From assembly GCA_000004985.1 (NCBI GenBank), contig GG738847.1: a DNA stretch of 64,000 nt. The stretch is one strand, 5' to 3'. Of this stretch, positions 43,416-54,863 are shown one piece after another (positions within the stretch are counted from its first letter, which is position 1; each line of letters begins with the position of its first letter). The notes below the pieces were generated by a model. The model saw nothing but the letters and a program-made list of their open reading frames with translations. It did no database searches and was not told the origin of the DNA. This stretch comes from Naegleria gruberi (lineage: Eukaryota). Both the position numbers and the translations under genes were made by a program.

Positions 43416-44089
43416 TTATTCTTGCATGGCATCAGCTGGAAGTGTTTGATCTGAGAACAAGTCAACTTCTCTGCTACCATACTTATCTACAACTTTTACA
43501 ATAAATGATGGTGTGTTCAATAAAAGTCTCTTTTGAATTTCAGCAACACACATTCTTAAAACAATCAATGCTTCATTAAGATTCATTCCGTCCTTGTAAT
43601 GCTTGTCAAGAATTGACAATGTAAAGTAAGATCCGTAGCCATGAGCTCCATATTTAACTTCTTGCATACTTGAAAGATAATCGATATAATATAATTCAGG
43701 TTTAGCTCCTAATTATCCAATGGTAAATATTAAAATATTGATCTCAACTCACCTTCAATATCATCAACACCTCCGACCATAATATTGGTTTGATATGGAC
43801 CACTACGAAGGGCTTTAGCTAATTCTTGTCTCACAAAGTGTGCACTAGCTTTCACTGACAAGTTTGTATCATTTCTTAAACGGTACAAGTTCAAATTCTT
43901 TGTGATGAATTCGACAAATTGAACACGATCTCCTTGTTCTCCTTGAGCAGCAATAAGAATATTTTGATTTGGTACAGCTGTTATTTTGTCCTCAGTATCC
44001 TTCATCAAAATGATCGAGAATGAAGCTGTTGTATCAGCTGCCAACAAGGTGAAATCCTTTCCTTTCAATCCAATAACTGTGTCTCCCAT
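43416..44089 (-). CDS. PSMB2: Proteasome subunit beta type-2; 2 exons (44089-43753, 43708-43416) with 44-nt intron
   Basis: MGDTVIGLKGKDFTLLAADTTASFSIILMKDTEDKI...VQFVEFITKNLNLYRLRNDT...IMVGGVDDIEG, then donor GTGAGT and acceptor ATAATTAG, then GAKPELYYIDYLSSMQEVKYGAHGYGSYFTLSILDKHYKDGMNLNEALIVLRMCVAEIQKRLLLNTPSFIVKVVDKYG. This is collinear with human PSMB2. Confidence 0.85.
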
Positions 44090-44395
44090 TTTTCTAGTTG
44101 TATGATGTGTTTGGTGTTATACAATTTTTTTAAATTTATTTTTGTTTGTTGTTCTATTCTTATCCATACTTTCCAAGCTTTTAAATTTTCTTCTCTCATC
44201 AAGTCTAAAGAGTGAAGCAAATCAAGACTTTTATGTTTAATGAATATTGCAATATTCAGGAAGCTAGCCAACATGTTTAATGATAAAAGTAAATCTTGGA
44301 TTGTACAGTACCATAGAAGCATAAATAGCACAGAGTAATTAATAATATAACAAAATTTTAAAATATTTTAAAATTGAATTTTTTGAACTAAAAAA

Positions 44396-45637
44396 TGACC
44401 AAGAAGACTTCAACAAACACCACTGCCCCAACAAAGGCTACAACAACAGCTGCTACTACCACTAGCACTTCATCATCTACTTCATCTTTTGTTATTTTGA
44501 GTGATTCTGCTTTGGAAACTTTGGGTTTGAAGGGTAACAAGACGTACGTTTTTTAGTTTGATTAAAATAATAATTTATTCGGATATAGTGAACAATTCAA
44601 CACTGGTCTTAAACTTTTCGAAGAAACAACCGATAAATCTGATAGAGATACTCTTTTAGTATTGTTGGGCACTTTGGTTTCTGATGATAATTTGGATACT
44701 TTGATTGCCAAGATTAAATCTGCCAAAGACAACACTAGTCACGATATCATCAAACAACTCGCCTCTGTTTTCAACTTGATTACTAATGGCCAACAAAAGA
44801 CTAAATTATTTATTAATATTATTCAATTCATGATTCAACATGAAGAAGTTGCCACCTCTCTCAATATTTCTGCAATCGTTGACAATATTGAATCTGCTTT
44901 CACTGAATGGAGTATCTCTTCTAAGAAGGATAAGCAAGCTATTTTGATTGATTTGTCAAAGCTCTGTGTTAAACTTTCAAAGATGTATGTAGAAATAATT
45001 TTGAACTTTTTTAGTGACACTTTTTAGAAATGAAGCTTTTGATTTGATTATTAAATCATTGAAGTCTGGAGCTGAAGAAAGCGATAAGAAGGAATTAATT
45101 AATCTCTTTATTAGAAATCCATTCGAAAAATCTGCTGAAGAATTGAAAGAATTCGAACCAGAACTTTTTGGAGCTGTTTTGAGCTATCTTGACCAAGCTG
45201 ATGAAGCTGTTCCAGAAACTTTAAAGCAAAAAATCTCACAATATGAACAAACAGAATCTGTCATTTCTCAATTTGTTTCTGACTTGAAGGTCTTGAAATT
45301 CCTCGTTTCTTGCTCTGTTAAAATCCTCACCTCTAAGAAGGATATTGAACTTAAATATTCCGATATTGAAAAGTTGGCACCAAGTGGTGAAGTTGAACTT
45401 TTTGTTTGTGATATGATGGGAAGAAATTTAATTGAATGTAAGATGAATCAACTTGAACAATCCATTACTGTTCAAGCTATTAATTGCCGAGGTGCTGCTC
45501 ACAAGCAAGATTGGAAGAATGTTGAAACTCTTGTTTCTGTTTGGTCAAGCAAATTGGCCACAGTTTTGACCACAATGACCAATGAAGTCAATCCACAACA
45601 ATTCAAGAATGAAGTGAAACAACAACAACAACAATAA
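44396..45637 (+). CDS. PCI-domain protein, best match by pattern to eIF3 subunit M (Rpn9/CSN7 not excluded); 3 exons with about 45- and 43-nt introns
   Basis: Exon 1 MTKKTSTNTTAPTKATTTAATTT...LGLKGNKT, then donor GTACGT. Exon 2 ...NIESAFTEWSISSKKDKQAILIDLSKLCVKLSK (compare eIF3m DQVRKWISDWNLTTEKKHTLLRLLYEAL). Exon 3 ...KDIELKYSDIEKLAPSGEVELFVCDMMGRNLIECKMNQLEQSITVQAINCRGAAHKQDWKNVETLVSVWSSKL (compare eIF3m EISFDTMQQELQIGADDVEAFVIDAVRTKMVYCKIDQTQRKVVVSHSTHRTFGKQQWQQLYDTLNAW). Confidence 0.55.
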
Positions 45638-45638
45638 A

Positions 45639-46319
45639 TTACTTCATATATTCATACATAAATTGTTTGTGATTATCATTTCTAGTGGTATCATTGATAA
45701 ATCTCTTTTTCTTTTGTTGATTAGAGTCATTAGCTTGGTTCTTAAATATGGTACTATCAGTCCACTTTCTCTTTACAGTAAATGAATCCTCATCATCATC
45801 ATCCTTCTTACTACTTATTGGTTTTAATAATGGATTACTAGTCAATGCTCGTTCTTGTGTTGCAAGTCTTTCCTTCTCCTCTTTTGCTCTTTTTACTCTT
45901 TCCAATTCCTTAATTAGTTCATCATTATCAGAGTCACCATCAGAGTCGGAATCAGAAGATGTATTTAAATCATCATCAGAATCATCATAGTTTGATTTTG
46001 GAACTTTTGTAAATTCCTCTGTTTCTTCCTCTACAATTTCTTCAATTATATCCTTATTTTTTTCTTCCTCTATTGCTGGTATTATTGTTGATGATTGATT
46101 ATTCTTCTTTTTTTGTACTAATTGTTCTCGTTCTTGTAATTCCTTCTTTAAATCTTTATGTTTAATTTCTTCCTCATTTCCTTGCCCGATCTGTCTTGTT
46201 TTTAAGACTGTGTGGGAAGGCATTAAATATACAGATTGTGTATGTGATGGAACATAACGTTTATAACCACCTTGTGTCTCGGTTGCTTTTGCTGCATTAA
46301 ATGTTGGTCTTGATGACAT
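45639..46319 (-). CDS. CWC15: Spliceosome-associated protein CWC15 (AD-002) homolog
   Basis: 226-aa ORF. MSSRPTFNAAKA...PSHT. Acidic Asp/Ser stretch. KELERVKRAKEEKERLATQE. C-terminal SFTVKRKWTDSTIFKNQA...QQKKKRFINDTTRNDNHKQFMYEYMK, matching the CWC15 C-terminal consensus (KVKRRWDDDVVFKN...[22 protein letters not shown]). Confidence 0.85.
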   Translation of the reverse strand: MSSRPTFNAAKATETQGGYKRYVPSHTQSVYLMPSHTVLKTRQIGQGNEEEIKHKDLKKELQEREQLVQKKKNNQSSTIIPAIEEEKNKDIIEEIVEEETEEFTKVPKSNYDDSDDDLNTSSDSDSDGDSDNDELIKELERVKRAKEEKERLATQERALTSNPLLKPISSKKDDDDEDSFTVKRKWTDSTIFKNQANDSNQQKKKRFINDTTRNDNHKQFMYEYMK

Positions 46320-46715
46320 TTTTTATTTGATGCTTGTTTTCTAATAATACATTTGTCAATAATATATTCTTCTTCAACAATATTTTCAATTTTTTAAACT
46401 TATTACATTTGGATTAGACAATTTTATCATTTTGGCTATCCTTGGCAGAGTACTCTCAATCAATTTGAAATCGATAATATGCACGCGTAGATTGTTGCGA
46501 TATTAATCATCCAGATGACGCCAAAACCGAGAAGCCTATTCCGATAACAAACCCAATCAAAATTTCATCCTCAACAATTCCACAATAAAAGCTTTCTCTC
46601 CTTTGTGAAGAAGTACAATAAGAAAAAAACACAACAACCGACTAGCAGTATAAAACACTGAGGTTAAAAAGCAATCATTTAACATTTATAATTCAATAAT
46701 AATACAACAATCAAA

Positions 46716-47050
46716 ATGGGCATGTTTGGTTTCGTACTCGGACTTTCTGCTGGAATTTACATTACTAAAAGAACAATCATGAAGAATCACAACAACAAGC
46801 GTCTTTGAATAATGTTAGTGAAGAGGAGAAACAATCAATATGGCAACAATATTTGAATCAGAAAAAGATGGAAACTAACAGTCAAGCACTTTTGAATCGT
46901 CAAGAAGATTCCGATGATAACCATTCTCTTCTTTCACTTTCTAGAGAATACATTACAAGGATAAGAAATGAAAATTTTCCAATAATTCATGCACAAGAAA
47001 AATCAAATATTGATTCTCTCAATTCAAAGACAACTATTGAAAAGGATTAA
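46716..47050 (+). CDS. Possible small membrane protein (MGMFGFVLGLSAGIYITK...) whose frame appears to shift by 1 nt into ORF 46805..47050
   Basis: ATG at 46716 gives MGMFGFVLGLSAGIYITKRTIMKNHNNKRL then a stop. One nt out of frame, the longer ORF SLNNVSEEEKQSIWQQYLNQKKMETNSQ... begins with no ATG of its own. Weak. Confidence 0.2.
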
Positions 47051-47288
47051 GCAAATGTGACCAATCAGTCGCTATGAATAAGTGACTAACTTTTGGAAAT
47101 GAATTCAAACTCTCTTACTCGGAGCAACCCTTTCGAATGTGCTCTCGAATATTTAAGAAAATTCAAATAAAACAATTTGAAATTTAAATCATCATTGCAA
47201 TATCATGATAGTAATCTTAATGTCCTCATGAGGAAATCAATTCATATCTTTAATTTCCAATACTCATTGAATTTTATTAAAAAATACA

Positions 47289-49128
47289 ATGAAACCTTTA
47301 AATCAAGCCTCCAAAATTATTGCTCAACAATTCTTCTACAGAGGCAAATTCATCAAACCAACAACCATAACAACAAGTTTGAATCAATTAAAATTCAATC
47401 CTTCTTTAATTGTTAATAATGGAGTGCAACATCAAAATGCTACTTCCCGTTCCTTTTCCATCATCAATAATAATACATTATTCTCTCATTCCCTCATGAT
47501 GCAAGAAGAAGAAGGAGCTAGAGTATCATCCACCAACAACAACAATTCTTCATCGTCATCAATGGCAACATCAAATAATTTGAACAAAAAAATGCCAGAA
47601 GAACAACAACAACAAAACAAGAGAAAATTCAATCATCACAACAATAGAAATAAAAAAAACAAGAAAGTCAAGAAGGAGAAACCAAGCAATGTTATTGAAG
47701 CTGTGACTCCTTTGGCCCAGTAAGTATTGTTGATTGTGGTTTTTATGTGAATTTACGTATCGGATTTTAATAGTTTGACCTATGAAGAACAATTGGTCAA
47801 GAAGGAAGGTGAAACATTGGATTGTATGAGAGAAATGTTTTCTGAAATTAAGAAGAGTTATGGTACAGCAGAACTCCCAGAATACTATACTATTCAACCA
47901 GAAGATGAAAAATTGAAGGATGTTCATTTGACTTGGTGTGGTATTTTGTCATCACCACAAACTGAAGGATATAGAAATAATTGTGAATTTACTTGTGGAT
48001 ACAATTCTGAAGATAAACCAACTGTTGGATTTAGACAAGGTTTATTTTCTCAAGGAATTTTCAATGCCGAAAGTCCAAAAGATGTCAAAATTGTTTCTGA
48101 TAGTATGAAGAGAGCTGTTTTGGTTTTACAAAAATTTATTGAACAACATCACGATACATACAAGGTATGTTGTTTTGTGAACTATTTAATAATTACATTA
48201 ATTGTAGTGTTATGCTCAAAAAACCCATACTGGATTGTGGAGATTGATGAAAGTCAGAGAAAATAGAAATGGAGAAATGCTCATCATTGTTCAAATTAAT
48301 CCAACTGAAATTTCTGAAGAAGCTATGCAAACAATCAAAACTAATCTCATCTCTCACTTTAAATCATTCGATAAGAACGAATCATCAGATCTTTCTATTA
48401 ACGTTAAGGGATTATTCTTGCAACAACATACAGGCGTCAGCAATGCTGCTCCAACTGATGCTCCTTTGGATTTGCTCTATGGAGAACAAACTATTGTTGA
48501 GGAAGTTTTGGGATTGAAGTTTAATATTTCTCCAATGAGCTTCTTCCAAGTTAACACTAAAGGTGTTGAGGTTTTATATTCAAAGGTCAAGGAATGGACA
48601 TTAGAATCTATGGATAAGGAGTCTAATAAGGAACGTGTTTTATTGGATGTTTGCAGTGGTACAGGTACTATTGGTTCTACAATGGCTAGCTCTGTCAGCA
48701 GAGTTATTGGTATTGAAATGGTTGAAAGCTCTGTAAATGATGCCAGGAAGAATGCTCAATTGAACAATATTCAAAATATTACTTTTGTTTGTGGAAAGGC
48801 TGAAGATACAATTACAACCAAGATGGTTGAACATAACTTGAATTCATCTAATGTTGAATGTGTAGCTGTTGTAGATCCTCCAAGATCAGGTCTTCACAAG
48901 AAGGTTCTTGAATCAATTTTGAGATCTCCAACAATTGAAAAATTAATTTATGTTTCATGTAATCCAAAGACATTGGTTGAAAATGCTATTAGACTTTGCG
49001 GACCAACATCAACAGTTAGAGCCAGTTATGGTGCATTCAAACCTGTTAAGGCTATTGCTGTTGACATGTTCCCTCACACTGAACATTGTGAAATGATTTG
49101 CGTTTTTGAAAGAAAGCTTAAGAAATAA
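47289..49128 (+). CDS. TRMT2A: tRNA (uracil-5-)-methyltransferase, TrmA/TRMT2A family; 3 exons (47289-47719, 47774-48164, 48208-49128)
   Basis: Low-complexity N-terminus. Exon 2 LTYEEQLVKKEGETLDCMREMF...YRNNCEFTCGY...GFRQG (TRMT2A-like LTYAEQL..., RNKCEF). Exon 3 ...TGLWRLMKVRENRNGEMLIIVQINPTEISEEAMQTIKTNLISHF. SAM-methyltransferase motifs VLLDVCSGTGTIGSTMAS and VVDPPRSGL. C-terminal catalytic Cys region YVSCNPKTL. Introns are 54 and 43 nt (GTAAGT and GTATGT donors). Confidence 0.8.
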
Positions 49129-49151
49129 ATTATTAAGATATTATTGCTAGT

Positions 49152-50843
49152 TTACAATCTCAAGTCTTCCTCTTCTTGTTGTTTAGCAACTTGTTTTGTT
49201 CTGGTTCTCTTTTCATTCAAACTTATAGTGTTGTAAGATGAACTACCCAATATCTCTTCACATAACAGCCAAGCTTTTTCATAATACAGTAAGGCGTTAG
49301 CATACGATTCCATGGCATATTCAATATCACCTAAGGTCTCAAGTGTGACTGCTACCTCTTGGGAGTCTGATCCATGGAGTTTGGTTTTTCTCTTTTGCAA
49401 TTCCTTGTAGATCAGGATTGCTCTGGTTAATCCCTCCCTGTCATTGTCTCTAGCTTGAGCATCTTCAAGTACAGAGCTAGCAAATTTCTCGAAAACTCTA
49501 ATTGTTTTTTTGTGATATGGGCCATAGTAAGATTCCACTCCTTTGGAAGCATCCTGGTAAAACTCGATGGATTTGTTCAAATTTTGAGACTCTCTGTAGA
49601 GACCAGCTATAGTGTAGGAGGTTACGGCTGCATTCAATAAATCAACTCCTGTTCCTAGATCTTCATAAACTTTCTTTGCCTTTTGGAAGTTTTCAATAGC
49701 TTCGTTAGTTGTTCCGTTTTTAATATGTACATAGGCCATTTCTCTGAAAACTTTGGCAATATCTGGATGCGTAGATGTGCCACTCATATTCAATTTTGAT
49801 TCCCACGCCTGAATAAGGTGGGCTAAGGAGACATCATATCTTTGCATTCTGGTGTACAGGTAAGATAACTGGAGTGAAATATCAAAGGTAATTGTAACAT
49901 CTCTTTCATCTTCCTCGAGAGCATCCACTTGACGTTTGGCTTCCTTTAGACATCCATAAGCCTCTTTCATTAAGCCCTGATCTATATAACACTTTCCACA
50001 CTGAAGCAATACGTGAGGGAGCAATTTTCTTGCATCCTGATATTCCAACTCAATATCAAGAACTTCTGGAGCTCCTTCATTAATCAACTTGGGGAATGAT
50101 TGGTTTGATATTATTTGCGTGAGTAGCATTAGTCCCTTTTTCAGATAACTACTTGCTTGTTCGTATGCTTTGATTTTTGTGTAGCTGTCACCAATATCTA
50201 AATAATGCTCAGCTAATCGAACTGATTGACCACCATACAAGAGTTTTGTTAGGGCAATGGCCATGGTCCTCAAATCTACAACAGCTTGATGCTTATTCAG
50301 CTCCTTGAGTCTGGTAATTTTACTCTCCAGAACAAGCAGTTTTTGCTTTGGTGGGAGCAAATCTTCTCTGTCAGTCAAGCTGAACAGTTTTGGATCTTCA
50401 AATCTTGTTGTTTTTACAGGCGATTGTTGTTTTGATACATAGGTTATTGATGATTCGGACCTTGAGGATCTTGATGATGTTGGTGGTTCATTGTCGATTG
50501 GAAGATTTCTAATTTCCTCAAATGATATTGGATCATCCTTCTCTGTATCAGGCCCTTTCAAAATTCTCAACATGTGCATTATATCATTCTCTCGTTCATT
50601 CTTTATAGTTTCCTTTGTCTTTTTAGCTTGTTCTTGCAACTTTTTATATCGGAGAGTACTTTTTCCTGATGAAGATGCAGCTGCCTCTTTCTTGGCAGAC
50701 CTTATCAATTTTGATTTGACTGCTTGTTGAGCATCTACTATATGTTTTGGTGGATAATATCCAAAATATGAAAAGTCTTGTAAAATTGGCTGATGTTGAT
50801 AATAGCTGTCCTCAATATCTAACGGCAATTCTTCCTTACTCAT
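49152..50843 (-). CDS. Hypothetical TPR-like repeat protein (563 aa)
   Basis: Single ORF with an N-terminal Ser-rich region. The rest consists of paired amphipathic helices with TPR-like periodicity (AYEQASSYLKKGLMLLTQ..., EAYGCLKEAKRQVDALEE..., AIENFQKAKKVYEDLG..., ALLYYEKAWLLCEEILG). No catalytic motif. Confidence 0.5.
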   Translation of the reverse strand: MSKEELPLDIEDSYYQHQPILQDFSYFGYYPPKHIVDAQQAVKSKLIRSAKKEAAASSSGKSTLRYKKLQEQAKKTKETIKNERENDIMHMLRILKGPDTEKDDPISFEEIRNLPIDNEPPTSSRSSRSESSITYVSKQQSPVKTTRFEDPKLFSLTDREDLLPPKQKLLVLESKITRLKELNKHQAVVDLRTMAIALTKLLYGGQSVRLAEHYLDIGDSYTKIKAYEQASSYLKKGLMLLTQIISNQSFPKLINEGAPEVLDIELEYQDARKLLPHVLLQCGKCYIDQGLMKEAYGCLKEAKRQVDALEEDERDVTITFDISLQLSYLYTRMQRYDVSLAHLIQAWESKLNMSGTSTHPDIAKVFREMAYVHIKNGTTNEAIENFQKAKKVYEDLGTGVDLLNAAVTSYTIAGLYRESQNLNKSIEFYQDASKGVESYYGPYHKKTIRVFEKFASSVLEDAQARDNDREGLTRAILIYKELQKRKTKLHGSDSQEVAVTLETLGDIEYAMESYANALLYYEKAWLLCEEILGSSSYNTISLNEKRTRTKQVAKQQEEEDLRL

Positions 50844-51020
50844 TTTTTTATTGAATAACGACTTGATTTTTCGAAAAAGACAATCTTTGTTTTGGCGCCA
50901 AACTTACCGTAGATGATTCTTCTAATTTTTGGATCCTGAACAAAAAAAATGAATGGGCAAGTGAGAAATAATTTTATGGAAATTGTAAAGATGATTTTCA
51001 AATAAAAACAAGAAAAAAAA

Positions 51021-52294
51021 ATGGGCAAGAGAAGCCGCACAATTGATCAAGACAAGGATCTTGAGGAAGCAAGAGAACCACAAGAGATGAATCTTTATGA
51101 TCACTTATCGAGTTTGTATGATAGTTGTAATGGAGAGAATGAAGAAGGAGCAAATAATAATAATAATAACACTATTATTGTTCCTCCGAATGTTATTGTA
51201 AAGACTTCGTTTAAAGATTTTAATGTTCATGAATTTGCAGTCAAGAGAAGTGGCTTATTTAGAACCATGATTGATTCGAATGAACAGTGGAAATTGGGAA
51301 AAGTTGATGATAAATTCAATATTGATTTGACAAGTGTTGAAGGCTCTATTTCAACAGAGGGAGAACCTTTGAAAAAAAAAGATTTTGAAATCATTTTCCG
51401 ATATTTGTATTGTGATGATTTTAATTGTTATATGGGTACTTCAACCTTGAAAAGAATTATTGACATGGCCAAATATTTGGATATTCCCTCTCTTATCACA
51501 AAGATACTTGATGGAATTCAATTTTCACTTAAATATTTCCCAATCAAGTACTCATTGAAAGGAGAGTTGACTGAGCATGAGATTGTTGATCTAATTTTCA
51601 AATTAACTAATCGATTTAAAAATAATTACGGCGAAGAAGTGAAAGGATATTCGAATGAACTAATCTCATATATTTGCCAACAACAATTGGTTCCTCTATT
51701 TATCAAAGTTAACCTTTTACAACGTCATTTAACACAAAATAACAAAGGGGTTGTGATTACAAAAGAAATGCTGCAACCATTTTCAGAATGCATCAAAAAA
51801 ATGAGAAAGGAATCCAAATACTTATTACCAAACCAATCTGAGAACATTGACCCAACAATGTTCAAATTATTGGAATTGAAACAGCCAAAAGAAAATCCAT
51901 GCAAACGCAAACACTATCGTTGTGCTGATACTGTTTATATTTCTATGGGAGCAGAAGAAGACTCAGGTGAGGTAAGTGAGAAATTTTATATAATAGTTAT
52001 TAACAATTTTAACCAATTGTTAAGGATTTTCATTTATTTGATGGTAAGGTTCGTATAGATGTTTCATGTGCTTCCAGGAGCTCAGCTTTTTGGTGGGATC
52101 TCACCTTTCAAAACGATCTCGCCAATGAGGAAATTAAACTAGCTTACAAAATATTCTACCAAGCTAATGTTGGTTCTAAACAGGAAGCAATAACAGAAAT
52201 TGACGATATTTCTGCAACAGAAACAATTTATGCACCCCAATTCGATACTGGTGGATTTTATGCTAACTTTCTCTTCTTTTTCAAAAGAAATTAG
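51021..52294 (+). CDS. BTB/POZ-domain protein; 2 exons (51021-51971, 52025-52294) with 53-nt intron
   Basis: BTB-like block TIIVPPNVIVKTSFKDFNVHEFAVKRSGLFRTMIDSNEQ. Exon 1 ends ...EEDSGE before donor GTAAGT. Exon 2 is DFHLFDGKVRIDVSCASRSSAFWWDLTFQNDLANEEIKLAYKIFYQANVGS...FFFKRN. Confidence 0.55.
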
Positions 52295-52374
52295 ATTCCT
52301 AATTCACTTAAATTTCATGTAAATGTTTCTTGCAATAAACAGTTTATTGTAAACATTAGTTTTCTTACAAAAAA

Positions 52375-53340
52375 ATGAATCAAAGTGATGCTACTAAACC
52401 ACAACCTTCTTTTGGATTCAAATTGGGTGCAATAATAGTCAGCTCCTCTGTGATGGCTTCTCTAATAATATCCCGATTCAGAGTTTGTAATTCAGAGGCA
52501 GAATATTTAATTCGGAAGAGAATTAGGGATGGTAAAATAATTGTTAGTAGGAGGGGAATTGTTTGGCCCTTTCAATCATCACGAATTATTAAATTGGATC
52601 AACCTCTATTGAAAGTATGTGTTTCTAATAGTAACAATATTAATAATAAAAATATTGGTGGATTAATAAAGTTTGATTGGAATGAAAGAGAATTTCCGAT
52701 TGAGAGAATGAAAGTTAGTATTGTGGATTATGAAAAGAATCGGAAAGGATTTTTGGAAATATCTGAAAGGTTATTGGATAAAGATGAAAAGAAAATCTTA
52801 GATCGAAAGGAAATGGAAGAATTAATTGAGAAAGTTGTGGAGAAATTCACAAACATTGATAATAATTTCATGGAGGAGCTCAACAAGGACCTGAATGAAA
52901 GAGGATTGGAGATATTTTCATTCAATGTAAGAAAACCAATTAATGAACTAATTGAAAAGGAAACATTGAGTAAGGAAGATGTTGAAAAATTAATGGAAAA
53001 GAATGTAAAATTGAATGAGTTAATAGAAATTTCACCTCAAGATCCAAACTCTTACATGAAAAGAGGTAAATTCTATTTAGAAGAGTGCCATTTCTACGAC
53101 AAGGCCATTGATGATTTCTCAACAGCTATTGAACTCTATCCAAACAATTCATATGCCCACTTTTATAGAGCTATTGTCTACTACAAATTGGGCCTCAATT
53201 CTCCAGCTCTCCACGATTTTACACTAGTCACCCAGATTGAACTTTATGACACTTCAATCCTTCACGAAGCCAAGCATTACCTCTCCCTCCTAACCGACCC
53301 AAGACAGAGATATCCCAAATTGGAAGACAAAAAGTTCTAA
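52375..53340 (+). CDS. Hypothetical membrane-anchored protein with coiled coil and C-terminal TPR-like repeats
   Basis: 321-aa ORF. TM near the N-terminus FGFKLGAIIVSSSVMASLIISRF. Glu/Lys-rich coiled coil. TPR-like C-terminus (DPNSYMKRGKFYLEECHFYDKAIDDFSTAIELYPNNSYAHFYRAIVYYKLGLNSPALHDF). Its TAA stop (53338-53340) is 3 nt from, and in frame with, the next gene's ATG. Confidence 0.5.
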   Translation: MNQSDATKPQPSFGFKLGAIIVSSSVMASLIISRFRVCNSEAEYLIRKRIRDGKIIVSRRGIVWPFQSSRIIKLDQPLLKVCVSNSNNINNKNIGGLIKFDWNEREFPIERMKVSIVDYEKNRKGFLEISERLLDKDEKKILDRKEMEELIEKVVEKFTNIDNNFMEELNKDLNERGLEIFSFNVRKPINELIEKETLSKEDVEKLMEKNVKLNELIEISPQDPNSYMKRGKFYLEECHFYDKAIDDFSTAIELYPNNSYAHFYRAIVYYKLGLNSPALHDFTLVTQIELYDTSILHEAKHYLSLLTDPRQRYPKLEDKKF

Positions 53341-53343
53341 AAA

Positions 53344-54822
53344 ATGGCTCAACACGTTTTCTCCAGTGCTAATTCTTCGAGCACTGTTCGTACAAGTACT
53401 GTATTTTCTTGTGGGTATGTAGTTATTGAATATGGATAGAATGGTGTGAATTGTTGAATATAATGTACTTTCCAAAGGTCCAACAAATCTAATGCACTTG
53501 CCTTAGATGATTCCTTAAAGGAAACAGAAAATAATGGAAGTAAAATATATGAAAAACCACTTCCGATTGATGAGGGAGCATTTCAGGGATTTAGAGTTGT
53601 CAAGTAGGTTTCTTTGCAATTGTTAAAACTCGAATTAATGAAAGAGTTTTTTCTGGATATAATCATTCAGTATTTATTGATGAGAATGGAAGAGCTTATG
53701 CAATTGGTAGTAATTTACAACATCAACTTGGAATTGGAGGTGCAAGTTTTGCTGTAAAACCAACCCTTATTAGAGAATTATCAGGCATGGTGATTGTAAA
53801 TTGTGTTTTGGGATATTCGACAAATATTTTCGAGAACGACAGAGGAGAATTGTATGGAATTGGGTATAATATGAGTTATGAGATGGGTATTGATAATGAT
53901 TTTCATTTCCATAGGATTGTTCCATTGGATGTTTTTAATACTCGTCGAAGTTTGTTTAAATTACCTTTTAAACAGGTTTTAATTGGACAGGATATGTTTC
54001 AAGAGGGTTCTTGGAGTGCATTCCTAACGAGAAATTCCAGAATTTTCATTGCTAATCATCGTGTATTTGATCCCAAATATGTTAAAAAGTGCTTTACCAA
54101 GAATAATGCACTTTACAAATTGAAAACTGAATTGTTTACAACTGACATTATTGAGAAAATAGCAGGAACCAAAAAGAGATTAATTATATTAACAAGTATG
54201 TTATTGATTTACAAGTATTTCTGAATCACAATTAATTCAAAAAGAAAAGGGGCATATTTTCAGACAGAGAGAAAAAGTATTTGCTCGACTAACACTACCG
54301 CTCAAGAAAGATGAAATAGTACAGGATGTATTTGATTCTGATTACTTTGAGCTGTACAGAACTTCCCTTAATAGATTTTATGGTGCTGGTTTTTCTTTTA
54401 CTTCTGTCACAGACGTTACGAATGATAACTCTGTGGGGTTGATTAGTTTTGGTTTGCCTCCAGGTGTTAGCATTACAAACATTTATCTTGGCATAAAGAC
54501 ACTATTCCTAAATTGCACAGATAGTAATATGTATTCAATGGGATTTAATTCATGTGGTCAATCTGGTATTGGAGAAGTTTATCAATTGGTTAAATCTCCA
54601 CACAAAGTATTGTTGGATCCATCAATATTGAAACCTGGTGAAATGTTTGCTGCCGCACCTGGTTTCCAGCATACCTTCTTTTACATAACAACTATTGATT
54701 CATCTAACACAATTATGCCAAACATTTACATGTCGTCTGAATATTTATTCAGAAGACACCTTTTGGATCTTGTTGATGCTGAGAATGGATATTCTGACAT
54801 TGTGTTTAAATTATACCACTAA
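53344..54822 (+). CDS. RCC1-like repeat (beta-propeller) protein; at least 4 exons with short introns (about 63, 41 and 77 nt), last exon 54433-54822
   Basis: Exon 1 MAQHVFSSANSSSTVRTSTVFSCG, then donor GTATGT. Exon 2 SNKSNALALDDSLKETENNGSKIYEKPLPIDEGAFQGFRVVK, then donor GTAGGT. Exon 3 VFSGYNHSVFIDENGRAYAIGSNLQHQLGIGGASFAVKPTLIRELSGMVIVNCVLGYSTNIFENDRGELYGIGYNMSYEMG... (RCC1-type G.N..GQLG periodicity). The later part of the structure is approximate. Confidence 0.5.
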
Positions 54823-54863
54823 ATTCAAAAAAAACAGTAAATTAATTTATTCTAAAGTAAAAA

